Below, piece by piece: positions 25,701 to 39,299 of a stretch of DNA of 64,000 nt; position 1 is the stretch's first letter, and every line of letters begins with the position of its first letter. Origin of the DNA: Glycera tridactyla (taxonomy: Eukaryota); contig OZ286467.1 in assembly GCA_965644265.1 (NCBI GenBank), forward strand, positions 84,382,001 through 84,446,000, written 5' to 3'. Under the pieces are notes generated by a model that worked only from the letters and a program-made list of their open reading frames with translations, was not told where the DNA came from and ran no database searches. Made by a program: the position numbers and the translations under genes.

Positions 25701-27881
25701 CTTCATTGTTTTAAGTCACTCGAGATAGGATCAAATATCATTCTATACATATTTCACATAAAATGTATATGGCTCTCGAGATAATGGTTCAGAGAGTTTC
25801 CACCCCCACTGCCACAAGAAGAACTAGGGCTGCGGCACTAAATTGAAATTTCGCAAATCTTCACTAAATGGTATCCCTATCTATCTCGTATTAATTCTTC
25901 AACAACACCTTTGAAAATGGTAGTGTTACATATGTATGCATATCTCAAGAGAGAAAATACAGCACCTCACATATCAAATGGATATCGGAAAATAGATGTC
26001 ACCATCGTTCCACTCCTCAAAAGTAGACCTCAGATAAATGGTCATTTGATATGGATAACGTTACAAATGGAGGTAATAAACATCACACATCACCTTAGCC
26101 AATATTCCAGTTCATAAATAAGACAGGATTCATATAACAAAACACCATGATATCAGTGAATGACATGAATTCGCAAGTCTCAAATAAGAATTAGGAAAAC
26201 AAATGATCATGTTTACCATCTGGTTCTTGAGGCGTCTTCTTCTGTCAACGTCTTGACTTGAGCTCAGTTTCAGAGAGATTATGCAATCCTTGTCTACCAC
26301 GATGGTGCACCTATTCAAAAGCTAGAGCTCTCTAATATAATCTGGTACGAGAATATCGAGCACTTTCATATTTGGTGAAACTCAAGTGAGTATAGAGTAA
26401 AGAGTTCTCAAAATCGAGAAGCATTGAGTTATTGTTCAAACACTTAAGCGTTCTCAGAATACATCTCAAGATGTACTGTTATTCATTGAGTGAGAACTTC
26501 TAGTATATCAGCAACTCTTCTCATCTCCAGATCCACATGTATGATGTCAGGCAGACAAGGAGATACTGACATTCTCACTTTAACTGACAAAAGCATAGGG
26601 CCGGACGTGCTGAAGGGTTATTGCTTGATGCTAATGCAACTCTGGCATGACCTGACGAGTGAGTGCCGGCACTCAACGGATCACCATTGATGTGGTCGAA
26701 GACATCTGGACAAGTGCTTGTTGATTAGTTAGACGCTAGGAACCAACATGGCCTCAAATCATGTCAGGGTAACGATCCTGAGGGAGTGCGGTGGAAATTC
26801 CTCCTCGAATCCTAGGTCTCAGATGCGCACTCCTCAGGGCAGAAGCATCCAGTGCTTGACTTCGGGTGCTCAATACTTTTGTGTAAAGGGTTCGAGCAGG
26901 AAGTTTGTGCAGGAGACTGAGGGCGGGAACTAGTCTCGACAACCAAGATTGTGACTAGACACCAAGATCAATTTCTACCTTCTTGACATCGATTCTTACA
27001 TATTTCTGAGAACTGCCATTCATTCTGCTTGCTCATTGACATCGATTCGGCTTCGAGATGTCAATTTCATGGTCACTGACATGACATTCAGAAAAGTTAT
27101 GAGAAAAACTGATACTTTCCGGCACTAAATTCGGCCAATCTACCTCAATTTATTACTTACAAATCGTCCTTCTACGTGCGGCTTGCGGAAGCCCATATCC
27201 ATGAAGTCCCGAAATCTGGTAACTCTAACCCTATTAATATTCACGATATAGACTTCCATTTTACAGCTATCTGGTACTCTTAGACTTCCTAACAAGCAGG
27301 GCTCATTACCAATTGTACCACCTGGGTCACCATAGGAAGCATGCAGCAGTTAAGGCGAATATCCATCGCTTCAATTCGCCACCAGACATGCATGTTTATA
27401 TGTCTAATCCTCGAATCATAAAAGCTATGTAACTTTTATGGAATTTCTGAAACATAAAACCAAGAAGTTAGAGAGTTTCCTCCCACCGGCCAGAGCTGTG
27501 AAACACCAGGCCAGTGGCCAAGTGAAATTCTGCGAAACTTTGCGGAAATACCAACCTATATTTCTTGTGCTGAAAGGTAACAACACCATACATTTTGGTG
27601 GTGTTACATCCATATCATTCCCAAGATATCATGATCACATTTGCAGATAGAGAAATTGTTGACCATCTTGATCCAGAACTATCTGACAAATTCGACTGCA
27701 TTTGGATTGTGATACTTCAGTGAATTTTCAGCATTGAGGAACTGTCAGCAATTATCGATCGGTCAAACGTCTTAATCCCTGATTTCATACAATAGCAGTA
27801 TTTCAATGGCGATTGAATAATGTGATGGGAAATTATTCACATTGATGCAATCTATTGAAGGATGTTAATGTTCAATTCCAG

Positions 27882-28067
27882 CTGGTTATGCATCATGTGA
27901 GGCAGGTTGGCTGTCTGTGCCTGGTTATGGATGCTACAAAGCTGTGATGGACACAATGGGTTGGGATGCTGCTGAGGACAACTGCAAGATGATGAATGCC
28001 TATCTTGTCTGCTTGGAAACCAGGGAAGAATCTGATGCGGTTACAGCTATGCTGATCGAAGAATTTG
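27882..28067 (+). CDS. Lectin gene A, coding exon 2 (CTLD N-terminal half)
   Basis: TTCCAG acceptor and G|GTGAG donor; 186 nt, phase 1-1. Translates AGYASCEAGWLSVPGYGCYKAVMDTMGWDAAEDNCKMMNAYLVCLETREESDAVTAMLIEEF. Not in the ORF track. Confidence 0.92.
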
Positions 28068-30368
28068 GTGAGTTGTTTGGATTGGTTTGATCTGCTCATT
28101 GTTGAACAATTCATGGGTGAAGTAATCATCTTGGGTCTACATCCATTTCTTTCCAGGTTAAATGCTTACATATTCTAATCACCTCATATTACTTGACTAA
28201 TTTTACCTGATTGGCATAGGCAAAATAGGAATCAAAGGACTGAACAGACATTTATTCGAACAATTGCAGACCTCAAGAAGGTGAGGCAAGATCGCTTGAC
28301 TGGTGTCTAGTGTGTACCTATTCTCATATAGGACATGGGTTGATAAGCTATATGGTCTGTGATTGACCAGCGATCCAGAAAATAGTGAATGGATCTGTTG
28401 GGTTGTCGATAATCATTCGAGTTTCTGGCTTTGGTGGTACAGTGATAGTGTACAGTTACACTTTCCCGATGCCATACATATCCAAATCCTGATGAGAATG
28501 CAGTAGGGCCTGTAGCTGACTACAAAACATGGAAAACCGCAGATGATATGTACATGGTAGAGTGCAGTCAGGAACTAGCTCAGCCAACTTTCTGACCAAG
28601 CTGACGACCCAAATTGATGACGATTTTTTCACAAAACTCTAGTTGATGGTCATCAAAGATTTCAGCTTCAAAATCCGACAGTTCCCCTATCGCCTCTCCA
28701 ACTACAAATAAGATGTTATGAGTACTGTGTCCGAGCAGTGCATTCTCTTTTCAGGATAGAATAGCAGAGAGAAGTGAGACATTTACCGAGAGATGGTGGT
28801 TTTGAAAATTCAATGTGAGATTGTCCTGTATGATCCTCAGTAGGAATCAGTTCTTGTCAAACTGCAGAGGAAGGTCAATAAAGGAATTCATACCATTATT
28901 GCAAAAGAGGAACATGCATTTTAAGAATTTGTATGTCAGGCATCCACTACTTTCCACTCTAAACTACCTGATACCTCTCGCGCTGGCCCTAAAAGTAGCA
29001 TTATCAGTCTCATCCTGTAGTCGCAAGTGATGCTATTGATGCTTCCATCGAGGATTCCCTCATCCATATCTGTAATCACATACCATAATTCTTGCTCACA
29101 GTCATCACACTGATTTGCACTCTAGACACAGTATAACCGCTAATGGCTTAGGTTAAAATTGACAAAATATGGCACACTGACTGTATTTTTGAAGACTTTA
29201 TTATGTGACAAAAGACCCAAAGGAGGTATCACAAGCTACATGTTCTCCACCACTCTGAGCCATATCACACTGATGTGTTCAATATCTTGGGCACTACTAC
29301 GGTTGTATTGTTGAGCTTTGATCTGTGGTCAACACAAGACTCTTGGACAATATTATTTCACTATCAGAGCTTGCAATCAACACCCACTCATCATAATTCG
29401 TATCTATGACAAAGAGTCAGACTCAATGGTAAGTAGCGTTTTCCATTGAGCAAGAAGCGAAAAGAAACATCTCTTGAGAGCATTGCCCTCTCAGAGCCTC
29501 CTTGCCCTATGTGCATTGTGTACTCTCAGCTGTAAAACCATCATTCTCGGATGCTTGATGCATACCATGGTCATCTGGTGGAGGTGGTCCTCATATCTAT
29601 GCTCCCTGAGACACCTAGCTAGTTGAGGATACCTAACTGGTATATTTTGCTTCATTTTGGATATTTATCTCAGGGATATTGTTTTTGACCCAAATCTGCA
29701 TTCACGACTTTGATCATTTCCAGGTTTTTTCTTGTCAATTCCTGTCAATGCCTAATGACACTCAGTTATATTGATGTAACTTTATCAGCTAGACTGATAT
29801 TTCACTCACAACATCCTACTGAAAAGTCATACAGATCCTGACTGAATTTCAGCGTGAGCACCATCTCATGGCTCAGATAGTCTTCAGTATCACTCAATCT
29901 ATATTCATATGTTTCACTATTACATCAGAATGTTATGATAGCTGGTATTCTGCTGATAACATTGAATGACTATATAGCATATCAAGTGCAGAATACCCTA
30001 CCCAGTTCTGTTTCTGTTATTATCCATGTGATACCACCTTTTGAGATGAACCAAACTGAAGGTTGGAAGTAGGACATTGGGAAAGATCACACATACAAGC
30101 ATCAAGTAAAAAAACCAGCCAGTCTCATGTTAGACAGCCAACTATATGTACATTGGCCGACTCTAGGTGTTTTCTTTGTGAGGGGATTGCATGTCATATA
30201 GGAACCCATCATCCAAATCATTCGAGGTTGACAAATCATGTGTAGGGGAGTGTTCCAATCAGAAGGGAGTTTGACAATTTGTCACCACTCCCTTATGTTA
30301 CCGATGGCTTCCTGTGACCTTTGACACCATACCTCGAAACATTGAAGTTTTGATTTTTCTGCTTGCAG

Positions 30369-30607
30369 GCACAGTGGATTTTTATCGAATGTGGATAGGA
30401 GCACGCCGAGCAGGAATTAACCTGGACTTTCACTGGCAGGAGACTGGTGGTATTGTACCATCCATCGATGACCGATGGGAAGGTGAGGAGCCAGATATGG
30501 GCATCAACCAATTAGGCATGGCTCTGCGTTCCGTAGGCAGTCCTCACTATGGATGGAATGATTACTATCTCACCGAACAATGCCAATCTCTATGTGAAGC
30601 TCACTGA
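30369..30607 (+). CDS. Lectin gene A, coding exon 3 (CTLD C-terminal half, stop codon)
   Basis: CTTGCAG acceptor. Encodes MWIGARR...FHW...RWEGEEPD...GWND...CQSLCEAH*. The three exons sum to 753 nt (250 aa) with no internal stop. Confidence 0.92.
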
Positions 30608-33049
30608 ATGATCAATATATCGACATGTAACTGATGGGCCATTGGTCATGTATGCAACCATGCAAAAAGCAGCATTCAAAAATTGAACATGTTTTATTGG
30701 GAAAATGCTGACTATTGTGCCCATTGTTTAAACTTCATGATGAATGTATGGAATGCTTTCCAATTTATTACTTTTCTAATTCGGCATTACTGACATCTTG
30801 TCAGGTGATGCAGTTTCAATTACTTTGTCAGCAAACTGAATAGAGGTACAGTCAAATGTCGACCCTGATATTTGGTGGGAATTGCATTTCAACCCAAGCA
30901 CTGTGATCAGAATTGAGTTGAAAAGATATATGTATAGCATTCACGCAGCTTCACAAGTCTTTCCGCTTGATTGATGTTCAATGGCAAGTATCAACCCAGA
31001 TGTGTTCTCTCAACGGCTCGTGAACTGCCCACGTAACAACCATTTGACGTTGTACCTGTGTGGCCTATATGCGCCCTCTTGGTCATGCACATCTTTGAAT
31101 GATGTCCATTTACATCTATGGATTATCATATGATGCAGACAGATTACCTCCGAATGCCGGAATTCCACGTGTATTGTCTATATTTTGTGTTGTTATTTTG
31201 TGTGAGAAATTTGCAAAGCAGTCTCATAAAAACCGAGTCAGAACCTTCAGATATGGCATCTACATGCACCCCTTTTAAGTAATACCGTGATCCAGTCCTT
31301 GTTATTGCTATTACATACTCTTGTAAATATTTACTTGTTCTTATCGACCAAATTTTCGTGTCATTATTGTCTTTTATTGCCTGTTTGCGCAAGCACTAAA
31401 TGTGACTGACAAATTGTCGGACAGAGCTGAAAGGTTTTCATAAATGCTGTGATAGGACATAGAAATCATCATGATTCTCACATTTCCTGAGAAAGGTTTA
31501 GCTTTTGGGAAGGGGGGGGGGGGGGGCGTGTCCTTGCCGACATCCTTGTAAATGGGTGCCTGTCGTGAAGATTCAATCATTTTCTGCCTGTCAATTGGGC
31601 AAGTAGATAAAAATCTTTCCAACTAAATGAGAAAAAACCCTCTTCACTGACTGGTAAGAAGCCACTCTTCCAGATGGAGATTGATCACTGAATCACATTT
31701 ATCCCAGATACAGTGGGGGCAAGAGAATATAGTCAAATCCCTCTTTGTTCTACTTGTGGGACCTGACTAGACAGACATACTACCTATCAGGTATGCCACC
31801 CATCCCAAATCCTGAGTCACGATTTCTCTTTTTTGAGAGATAAATTTGACTTCGATGCATATTTGTCAAAATGTCTTAAAATCCCTTGTACGAAATTGGA
31901 AAAAAATCTGACGAGAACTTCTTTCAGCGCGTGGGGGGGGGGGGGGAGTCTGGAACAGCATTGGCGCTGAAGCGAGAGCTGCTCCCTCAATCAAAAGTCT
32001 TGAGATGAGGCTATGTAAAACATTGTCACACGTGAGTAGATTGTAGGTTTTATGTATACATGTCTGAGCCAACCGTAGGGTGATTTGTTATATGTCCGGA
32101 TGTTCCATGATGGCTACATGACCAACGTTATGATGAGTACTGGTCCGCACCTTCTCTTGATTTCCCGCTGCCTCTGTTGTCTCTGGTTCAAATGTATTAT
32201 ATTGCATATGACCTTACTTGAATCGTATCCTATGTCTAATTGTTATATCTTATGTTTTACGTTGATTGTACGAAATGCTCTCGGACTCAACTGGGGGATG
32301 ACATGGTCAGTGACCGCCCCCTGGCGAGTGGAAACAGAAATTTCAAATTCAAATTCAAATTTGTTCAGGCACCAGTCCAAGAAATTCAGGATCAATTCGT
32401 GGATGAAATCTTGAAGATATTGCCATGCTGTTTTCATACCTCTGAATGCCAGTCATGATTGCAAGCAAATGTGGGGGGATTACCTCAATGATTCTTTCTA
32501 GGCAGTATTTGACAGTATTTGACAGCCCCCTCTTTCTTCCGCCAGAGTTCTGTCTTTGTTGGAACGTTGGTCGATCCATGCTGCGAGTTCGTCAATCAAC
32601 ACAATTCCACTCTCATAGGCTTCATAGGGCTTCATAAATACTTTATTCGAAGTGTATCTTAGATACATCTCCCCTCCGAAGTGGGAGAAACAAACACATG
32701 CGAAATTCTATACATTTATCTCAGGGAATACATATAGAAAAATAATAATAAACAATAAATGGCTAGCTTGTATATATATATACATTTTTTTTTACGAGCT
32801 TTACACCTGGACTCATGATGATTGGATAGATGACTGTGATATGTTCAGGAGTTGTGGCTATATCGAGACTTGTCAAACACATGAAGGTAACACAAACAAC
32901 CACAACAACACTGATACGAGAGAATGTTCCAATGCACAAACGGATGAAGGAGAAAAAACACCCCGTTCACTGAAAAGCATTTGTTTGTTATCCTTTGATC
33001 ATCTGTTTAGAGAAAAATTACATGATGTTATCATTTCTTTGAATGTTCA

Positions 33050-36000
33050 CTCTAGGGGTATTGTGAACCTTTCCAACTTCACTTTACAGGATCATCATAA
33101 GTCTCTCCCAGAAAAGGGACTCACTTTTTGCCCCACCCCAGGCGAACTGGATATGGAGGATCTTAGGAGAGATTTAGACAATTTCCACAGAAATGTCAGA
33201 CTCAGATCACATTTTGGTAAGGGTCAAGATAAAAGTGAAGCTTGGAAGGACATTTTGGAAGGGACAAATAGGACGGAGATTGGGACCAGGCATTAACAGC
33301 CAGGTCTCATCAACTTCACAAAAGGTGGTCTACAACAAACCATTCCAACACAAAGATTTTTCCAACAAATTGACATGGCAACCTGACAATTGCCCGATCA
33401 TCTTAGAAAGCATGGTCATGGTAAATGAGTTAGAGTTAGTCAATTAGAGAGGTCAGGTATCAAGGAATTACAGGAAGACTTGAGCATTATCATCAAGAAA
33501 GCTGACAAGGGGTCCAACATAGTTATCATGAGCAGAGAGGACTACCTGGAAGAGGGCTATCGCCAACTTTCAGACAGGAAATTCTACGAAAAATGGACAG
33601 AAAATCTAACCGAGACTCATAATGACTTAGTAAGATCATGTGTCAATGAACTTTGTGAAAAGGGAGAGTTGAGTTTAGAAACTTCCAAATATCTGGTCTT
33701 TGATGAACCAAGAACATCACAGTTCTACCTTCTCCCCAAAATTCACAAAAGATTGGAAAAAAAACCTGGACGTCCAATAGTGTCTGCAAATGAGTGCCCA
33801 ACAGAAAGAATATCAGCATTTGTTGACTTCTTTCTAAGATCCTTTCTAAGAGACACAACCGATTTTCTTCTTGAAATTCAGGAATTGGAAAAAGTACCTG
33901 CTGGTAGCATCTTAGCAACATTAGATGTAACCAGCTTATACACCAATATCCCGATTGACGAGGATATCGAGTGTGTCCGCCATTGGGCCTCAGCAGAGAA
34001 TTCGAAAATAGACTCACTTTGTCGCCTTTTGGAAATCACACTGAAATGCAATAATTTCCAATTCAATGAAGAAAACTTCATTCAGGTGGGTGGAACGGCT
34101 ATGGGAACCAGAGTAGCGCCCAGTCTAGCTAATATTTTCATGGCAGACTTCAAAGAACAACATGTGTATGGCCAGGAGAAACAACCAATGTTTTACAAGA
34201 GATTTTTGGATGATTTAATAATTGTCCGGACTCACGGGGCTGACACACTGAATTCATTTGTGGAAAAATTAAATGAATGCCATCCTACAATAAAGTTCAC
34301 ACTTGAACAATCAACCTCGAATGTGAACTTTTTAGATACCACTCTTTACATAGACGAAAAGGGCAATCTCTGGACAGACTTGTACTGCAAACCGACAGAC
34401 AGTCATTCTTATCTTTATTACACCTCGGCACATCCCCCCCATGATAAACGAGGTGCACCATATAGTCAATTACTTCGGGTCCGACGAATCTGTGATCATA
34501 ATCACGACTTTGTCAGACACAGCACAATGTTGATTTGTCACTTCTTAAGGAGGGGATTTCCATTTGACATCTTAAGAGAAGCATTTTTAAGAACATCAAA
34601 AAGGGACAAAATGGACCTACTCAATGAACAAAGGTTGAAGAGTTTAGATACAGAAGACAGAGCCAGTACAGACGACTCAATCTTTCTGACAACCACCTTC
34701 AACCCTAGCTCGGTGGGCTTCAATAAAATTATCAAAAACAGCTGGGATTTGCTCAAAAGAGGGACATCGACCAAACTTTTGGCAGAAACCAGAATAATTT
34801 TTGGCAATAGAAGAGCACTAAATTTACGTGATTTATTGATGAAGGCCAAAGTCCCACAACCACGCCCGACAAAGACCCGACACCCATGCAGCAAATATAC
34901 AAACAAATGCAGCAATATAAAGTGCAAATTCTGCCCCCTTTTAGACAAATCAGGGAGAATTAAAAGCACCACTACTGGGCGTGAATATGAGGCCAAGAAA
35001 AACATTACATGTCAAAGCAGCAATGTCATATATTGCATTACATGTAAGAATTGCTCCAAACAATATGTCGGACAAACTGGAAATAGTATTAATCAGAGAT
35101 TTGGAGCACACTCTGAAGCCATTGGAAGGAAGAATTTGGTTGAAGATGTGAGCCTACATTTTCAATCAGCTAACCACAAGAGAAATGAAAATCCATATTC
35201 TGGATTTCATTTATGTCCACCCAAAAAGGGACTATAGCATCACCCTAAGGCTCCAAATTGAATTTAATTGGATCCACAGGTTGAAAACTATGCTCCCAAT
35301 GGGGTTGAACACCAAGGACAGAACCCCCCTTGAGAAAAACTGTAGAAATTGGAGGTTTTATTGGGAAACTGGTAAAATCAAAACCCACAGAAAATAGAAA
35401 TGGGGCCTCCAATAGGAGTTCAACCCCACCATACTGGAGGAACCAATCTCATTGGATTTGGGGGAGACCTTTCAGATGACATCATGATGTGGGCCCTTTG
35501 CCTTGTCACATAATTTTCCTTATTCTTGTGGGTTCCATCCTGAGACTCATTGGAAAACGACTCCACCCCCAGTAGACACACTCACAATTTGAACACAAAT
35601 TGTGAGAGTGAAGTCTCCAACGGACGCCGAACCCTATGTAAGCGAGAGTGACATTTTATGTGAGTGACACCCCCAACATCATAGAGGGATGGGAGGAGAC
35701 CAGCATCATATATGCAGTATCACCCCCCATCCTGGACTAAAATGGTTGAAAATACATCAATTTTTAAATCATAGCACATAAATGGCAACTGATGAGGTCT
35801 AAAGGACCGAAACTCAGATTGGCTGGAATTTGCTGCAAAACCCAAGTTCTGGCAACCAAGGTGGACACTGCACAGTGTAGGATCCCTGCACTGCACAGTG
35901 CTATCTAGCTGATGCCAGAGATTGTTTAATTGCCAAGTCACCCACTAGATGGCGACGCCGCTAGTGCCGCGACGCTATTACTTGGCAACTGAATGCGGCA

Positions 36001-36055
36001 TCGATTATGACGTCACGGCGTCCGTTTATAAATAAACTTCAGTCCGAGTCTTGCC
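33050..36055 (+). mobile_element. Penelope-like retroelement (Neptune-like), RT + GIY-YIG, several frameshifts
   Basis: IVNLS...KGLTFCPTP; KKADKG; FYLLPKIHK..PGRPIVS; LDVTSLYTNIP; GTAMGTRVAPSLANIFM; RFLDDL; Cys-rich linker CSKYTNKCSNIKCKFC; GIY-YIG-like NVIYCITC...YVGQT...RF..H; C-terminal EFNWIHRLKTMLPMGLN in a shifted frame (35185-35397). Confidence 0.93.
35784..36055 (+). ncRNA. Type I hammerhead ribozyme with a ~216-nt insert in stem III
   Basis: Stem I GGCAA (35784-35788) pairs with UUGCC (36051-36055). Core CUGAUGA at 35789-35795; stem II GGUC-UAAAG-GACC; GAAA at 35809-35812. Stem III CUCAGAUUGG pairs with UCAGUCCGAG (36039-36048, one A-C mismatch). GUC cleavage triplet at 36048-36050. 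Confidence 0.8.
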
Positions 36056-36089
36056 TTGGAAGGAGTTGAACGTGCTTGCCTCGTCCCCC

Positions 36090-36126
<37 letters not shown>

Positions 36127-38531
36127 CGAGCGGGAAAAGGAGACACATTAATGCTTACATGAGTTGGGTGTTGAGCAATTTCAGATAGGCTATGGGTTAC
36201 ATTCCACCCAACATCTTCTTTCATAAAGAAACATTGCGTCAGAAAACGAGATAACTGTAGCAACGTTGCCTTTGTGGGGCGAGACTAGTTGAGATATAAT
36301 ACCATGTACTACAAATTGTAAGAGTTGTAGAGGTTGGATCAGTCAGATCATAATTCTAGGAGTATTGTTTTGGATGAATAGAGCAGGAATAGTTCGGCAT
36401 TCACTGTTTTTTATTTTTAAATTGGTATACTTTCAGACAACTCAATCGTTGTATGCCAAGTTAGTGTTGCAATGCCGGATATCGCATAGTGAGTTAAGTA
36501 CGTGACAGAAACATACATCATACTTAGTCAGTGTCATCGTTCATATTCTGTTCTGATGTGAACTACGAAATATTTGCTCCATTTAGTTGATTAACACATT
36601 GGTCCCAGCCGGTTTGACTTTTCAATGACATTATAAGTGATATGGGTATATCATATGATGATTGATCCATGTACACGAGACGAGTAGGTTAATTTGACAT
36701 GCCTGACTCATCATATGACCATTGATTCATGTCCTCGAGACAAATAGTTTCATTCGACCTGTCTGACTCATACAGGACGTCCTGACTGTAGAAGCTAACT
36801 GCCGTGTTCACTACAGCATCACTCACACCAATCATGAACACAAGTGCTTGGTTTACAATATGGATATATCCACTTATTCATTCAGTTATTCGCTTCTTAT
36901 GTCTTCGAATTTAGCCGTTCTCCCGAATCTTGAGGAAATTGAATTCGGTTTCGGGAGAGTGAAAGGACCAAACTCACTCTTCCGATGGGAGAGTGTGAAT
37001 TTTTCAGTGGATCAGAAAGTTATGAATTTTCGTGAAGACAAAACAACACGGTGTTGACTCCTACTGAGATAAAACCTATTCCCTGCATGATAACTTTGCA
37101 TATACATGCAACTGTTTGATTCTGAAGAACGAACTTGAGCAAGGAGGGTTTGTTTCACTTAGATAGTCACTCACATGACGAATAAGTTGGAATCCACGTC
37201 ATATGGCATTTATCCACACCAAAGTCTTGCACTCAAGTTCTGAGCTTGTTTTCCGCACTTTTTTTTTTTATCAAAGTCAGGAGAGTAAATTCACTTCCGG
37301 GAGAGTGATTTTCCATTCTTCTCTCCCAAGGGAGGGGGGGGGGGGGGCTGAAAAAGTCTTTCATGAAGACTGCTCTATGTTTTCATTTATTCACCTAATT
37401 TATTATCCGCTATTTTAATCTGGCAATGTACCAACTCACCTCCTGTTCCCCAGTTGTCTCTGCGATATTGACTTGATAACCACGTATTTCAATTTGTAGT
37501 TGTAAATTAGAAATAATCTGTATATGTAACCGTAGTTTAATTGTAATTGTAATTCAATAATATTCTGTACCAATTGTGATTGCTTGAGATGTTGAACCTT
37601 GCAAATACTGATTTAATTTATAGTTGCTGTTATTCATAAATGTATATGTATATATTGTTTGCATTAGCACTTAAATACGACCTGGTTAGGTCTCATCACT
37701 TGTTTTACTCCAGTACCGGTATATAGCGATTCGCCGGCCTCGGACGTGGCGGGAACGACCAGCGGAAAAGATGGAATTTCTGCATCTATATCTGTTGGAA
37801 AACTACCAACCTCTACGCAATCATATAATCATGGTGGTTTTGTTTTTGTTTTTTTGGGCCCCCACGTCTACTAACAATTCACCACCAAATATTTAACACT
37901 CCATGGTATCTTGCCCATAGGCTCCTCCCCTGATAGCCCTCCAGTTCCACACCATAGTATAAATAAGTATAATTTGAATTAATTCTAATGCCATTTCGCA
38001 TATGCCAAAACAGGCTCTTACCCAGAGATCCATGCTTTCTATTCCAAATTTGATTGTAATATATACATGCCAAAATTACAATAAATTAACAATAGGTAGA
38101 AAGCCACCAGCAAGACTTTAGGGCGATCTCCGTCATATGCAACGGAAGAAACAGACAAAAACGAGGATTAGATCAATATAAACAGTTATACATTCATATA
38201 AAATATTATTTTGCACTTTCTTAACTAGGGACAAAATTAAAAGCTGTATCACGTATATACAAGGATTTTGTTGTATTCTCATGTTTTCTATGTTGAACAC
38301 TGATATAAAAATACAGGTAGGAAGTGTGAAAAGGGCGGACACAAAGTCGGCTGATACATAGTATTGCAGATGAGACAGCTAACTTAATGGTGATATGTAG
38401 TATGGTGGGTGTCCCGCTATACCTTCCAAGTCTAGTGCAGGCAAAGCTCATACTAGCCCACATCATGTGGGAGTGAGTGCAGCTCCATAACTGTTCACTA
38501 CGACGTCACTCACCCAAACCTTGAGCACAAT

Positions 38532-38784
38532 TGTCAGGATCGAATAGTAAAATTTCTTAGGCATGCATACAGTTTATGCATATACAAACACAAATGATTT
38601 CGCCTCATGTCGCTAGGCAGTGGCGGTACAACAAATTTGTGTTGCCATCTAGTGGATCCTTTTGCAACTAAACATATCGTGACATCAAGATAGATCTCAC
38701 TGTCTCCGAAAATGTCCACCTCGATTACTTGATCCAGATTCCAGCCAATCCGAGTTTTGGCCTGATTGGCCTCATCAGTTGACA
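38532..38784 (-). ncRNA. Degenerate second copy of the split hammerhead
   Basis: Minus strand reads UGUCAA-CUGAUGA-GGCC-AAUCA-GGCC-AAAA-CUCGGAUUGG, then ~200 nt later UUCGA-UC-CUGACA. GAAA has become AAAA and one stem III G is missing, so it is probably inactive. Confidence 0.65.
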
Positions 38785-39299
38785 TAAATACATCCCAGGG
38801 ATTGATGGAGAAAAATCATCAAGGCCCTTCAATAAAATTATCATTTTAATTGAAAAATCCCCAATGTGTTTGTCCCAATCCTCCTGGTGGATTGATGCTC
38901 GGTTGTAAATTTAAGTAAATTTCTAACCTGTATGGTCCAAGGTAGGGGGAACCTTGTGAATGATCAAGGTTCATCCCCACCCCATGAGCAGGTAATTCTG
39001 AATTCCCCTTAAAGTGGAATTCTGAATAAGTCTGAATTAAAAAGGGAGTCGGTCAGAGAGCGTTATCTCATAAATGGATGAATAAAGTGCTTGGCAAAAA
39101 TCCCCAAATGGACATAAAATGCTGAACAATCAAATTACGGAGCGAAAGGTCCACTATTGGACGTTGAAAGGCAGGAAAACTCAAGTAGTTAATGCACTTT
39201 TCGGGCATTACTTTCGAAGGGTTATATTTCATAAAATTGGCTCTTTGTAAGTAGATATAACCAGGATTTCCTACAGACACCCAGACATATGATCATAGA

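Noticed and set aside
26630-26680. CTGACGA followed by a GAGTGCCGGCACTC hairpin, a possible hammerhead
   Set aside because: No GAAA after the hairpin and no matching stem I/III partner.
32340-32640. (TTCAAA)n tract that could be the 3' tail of a minus-strand retroelement
   Set aside because: No AATAAA-tail arrangement or RT motif I could recognise upstream, so there is too little evidence to call an element.
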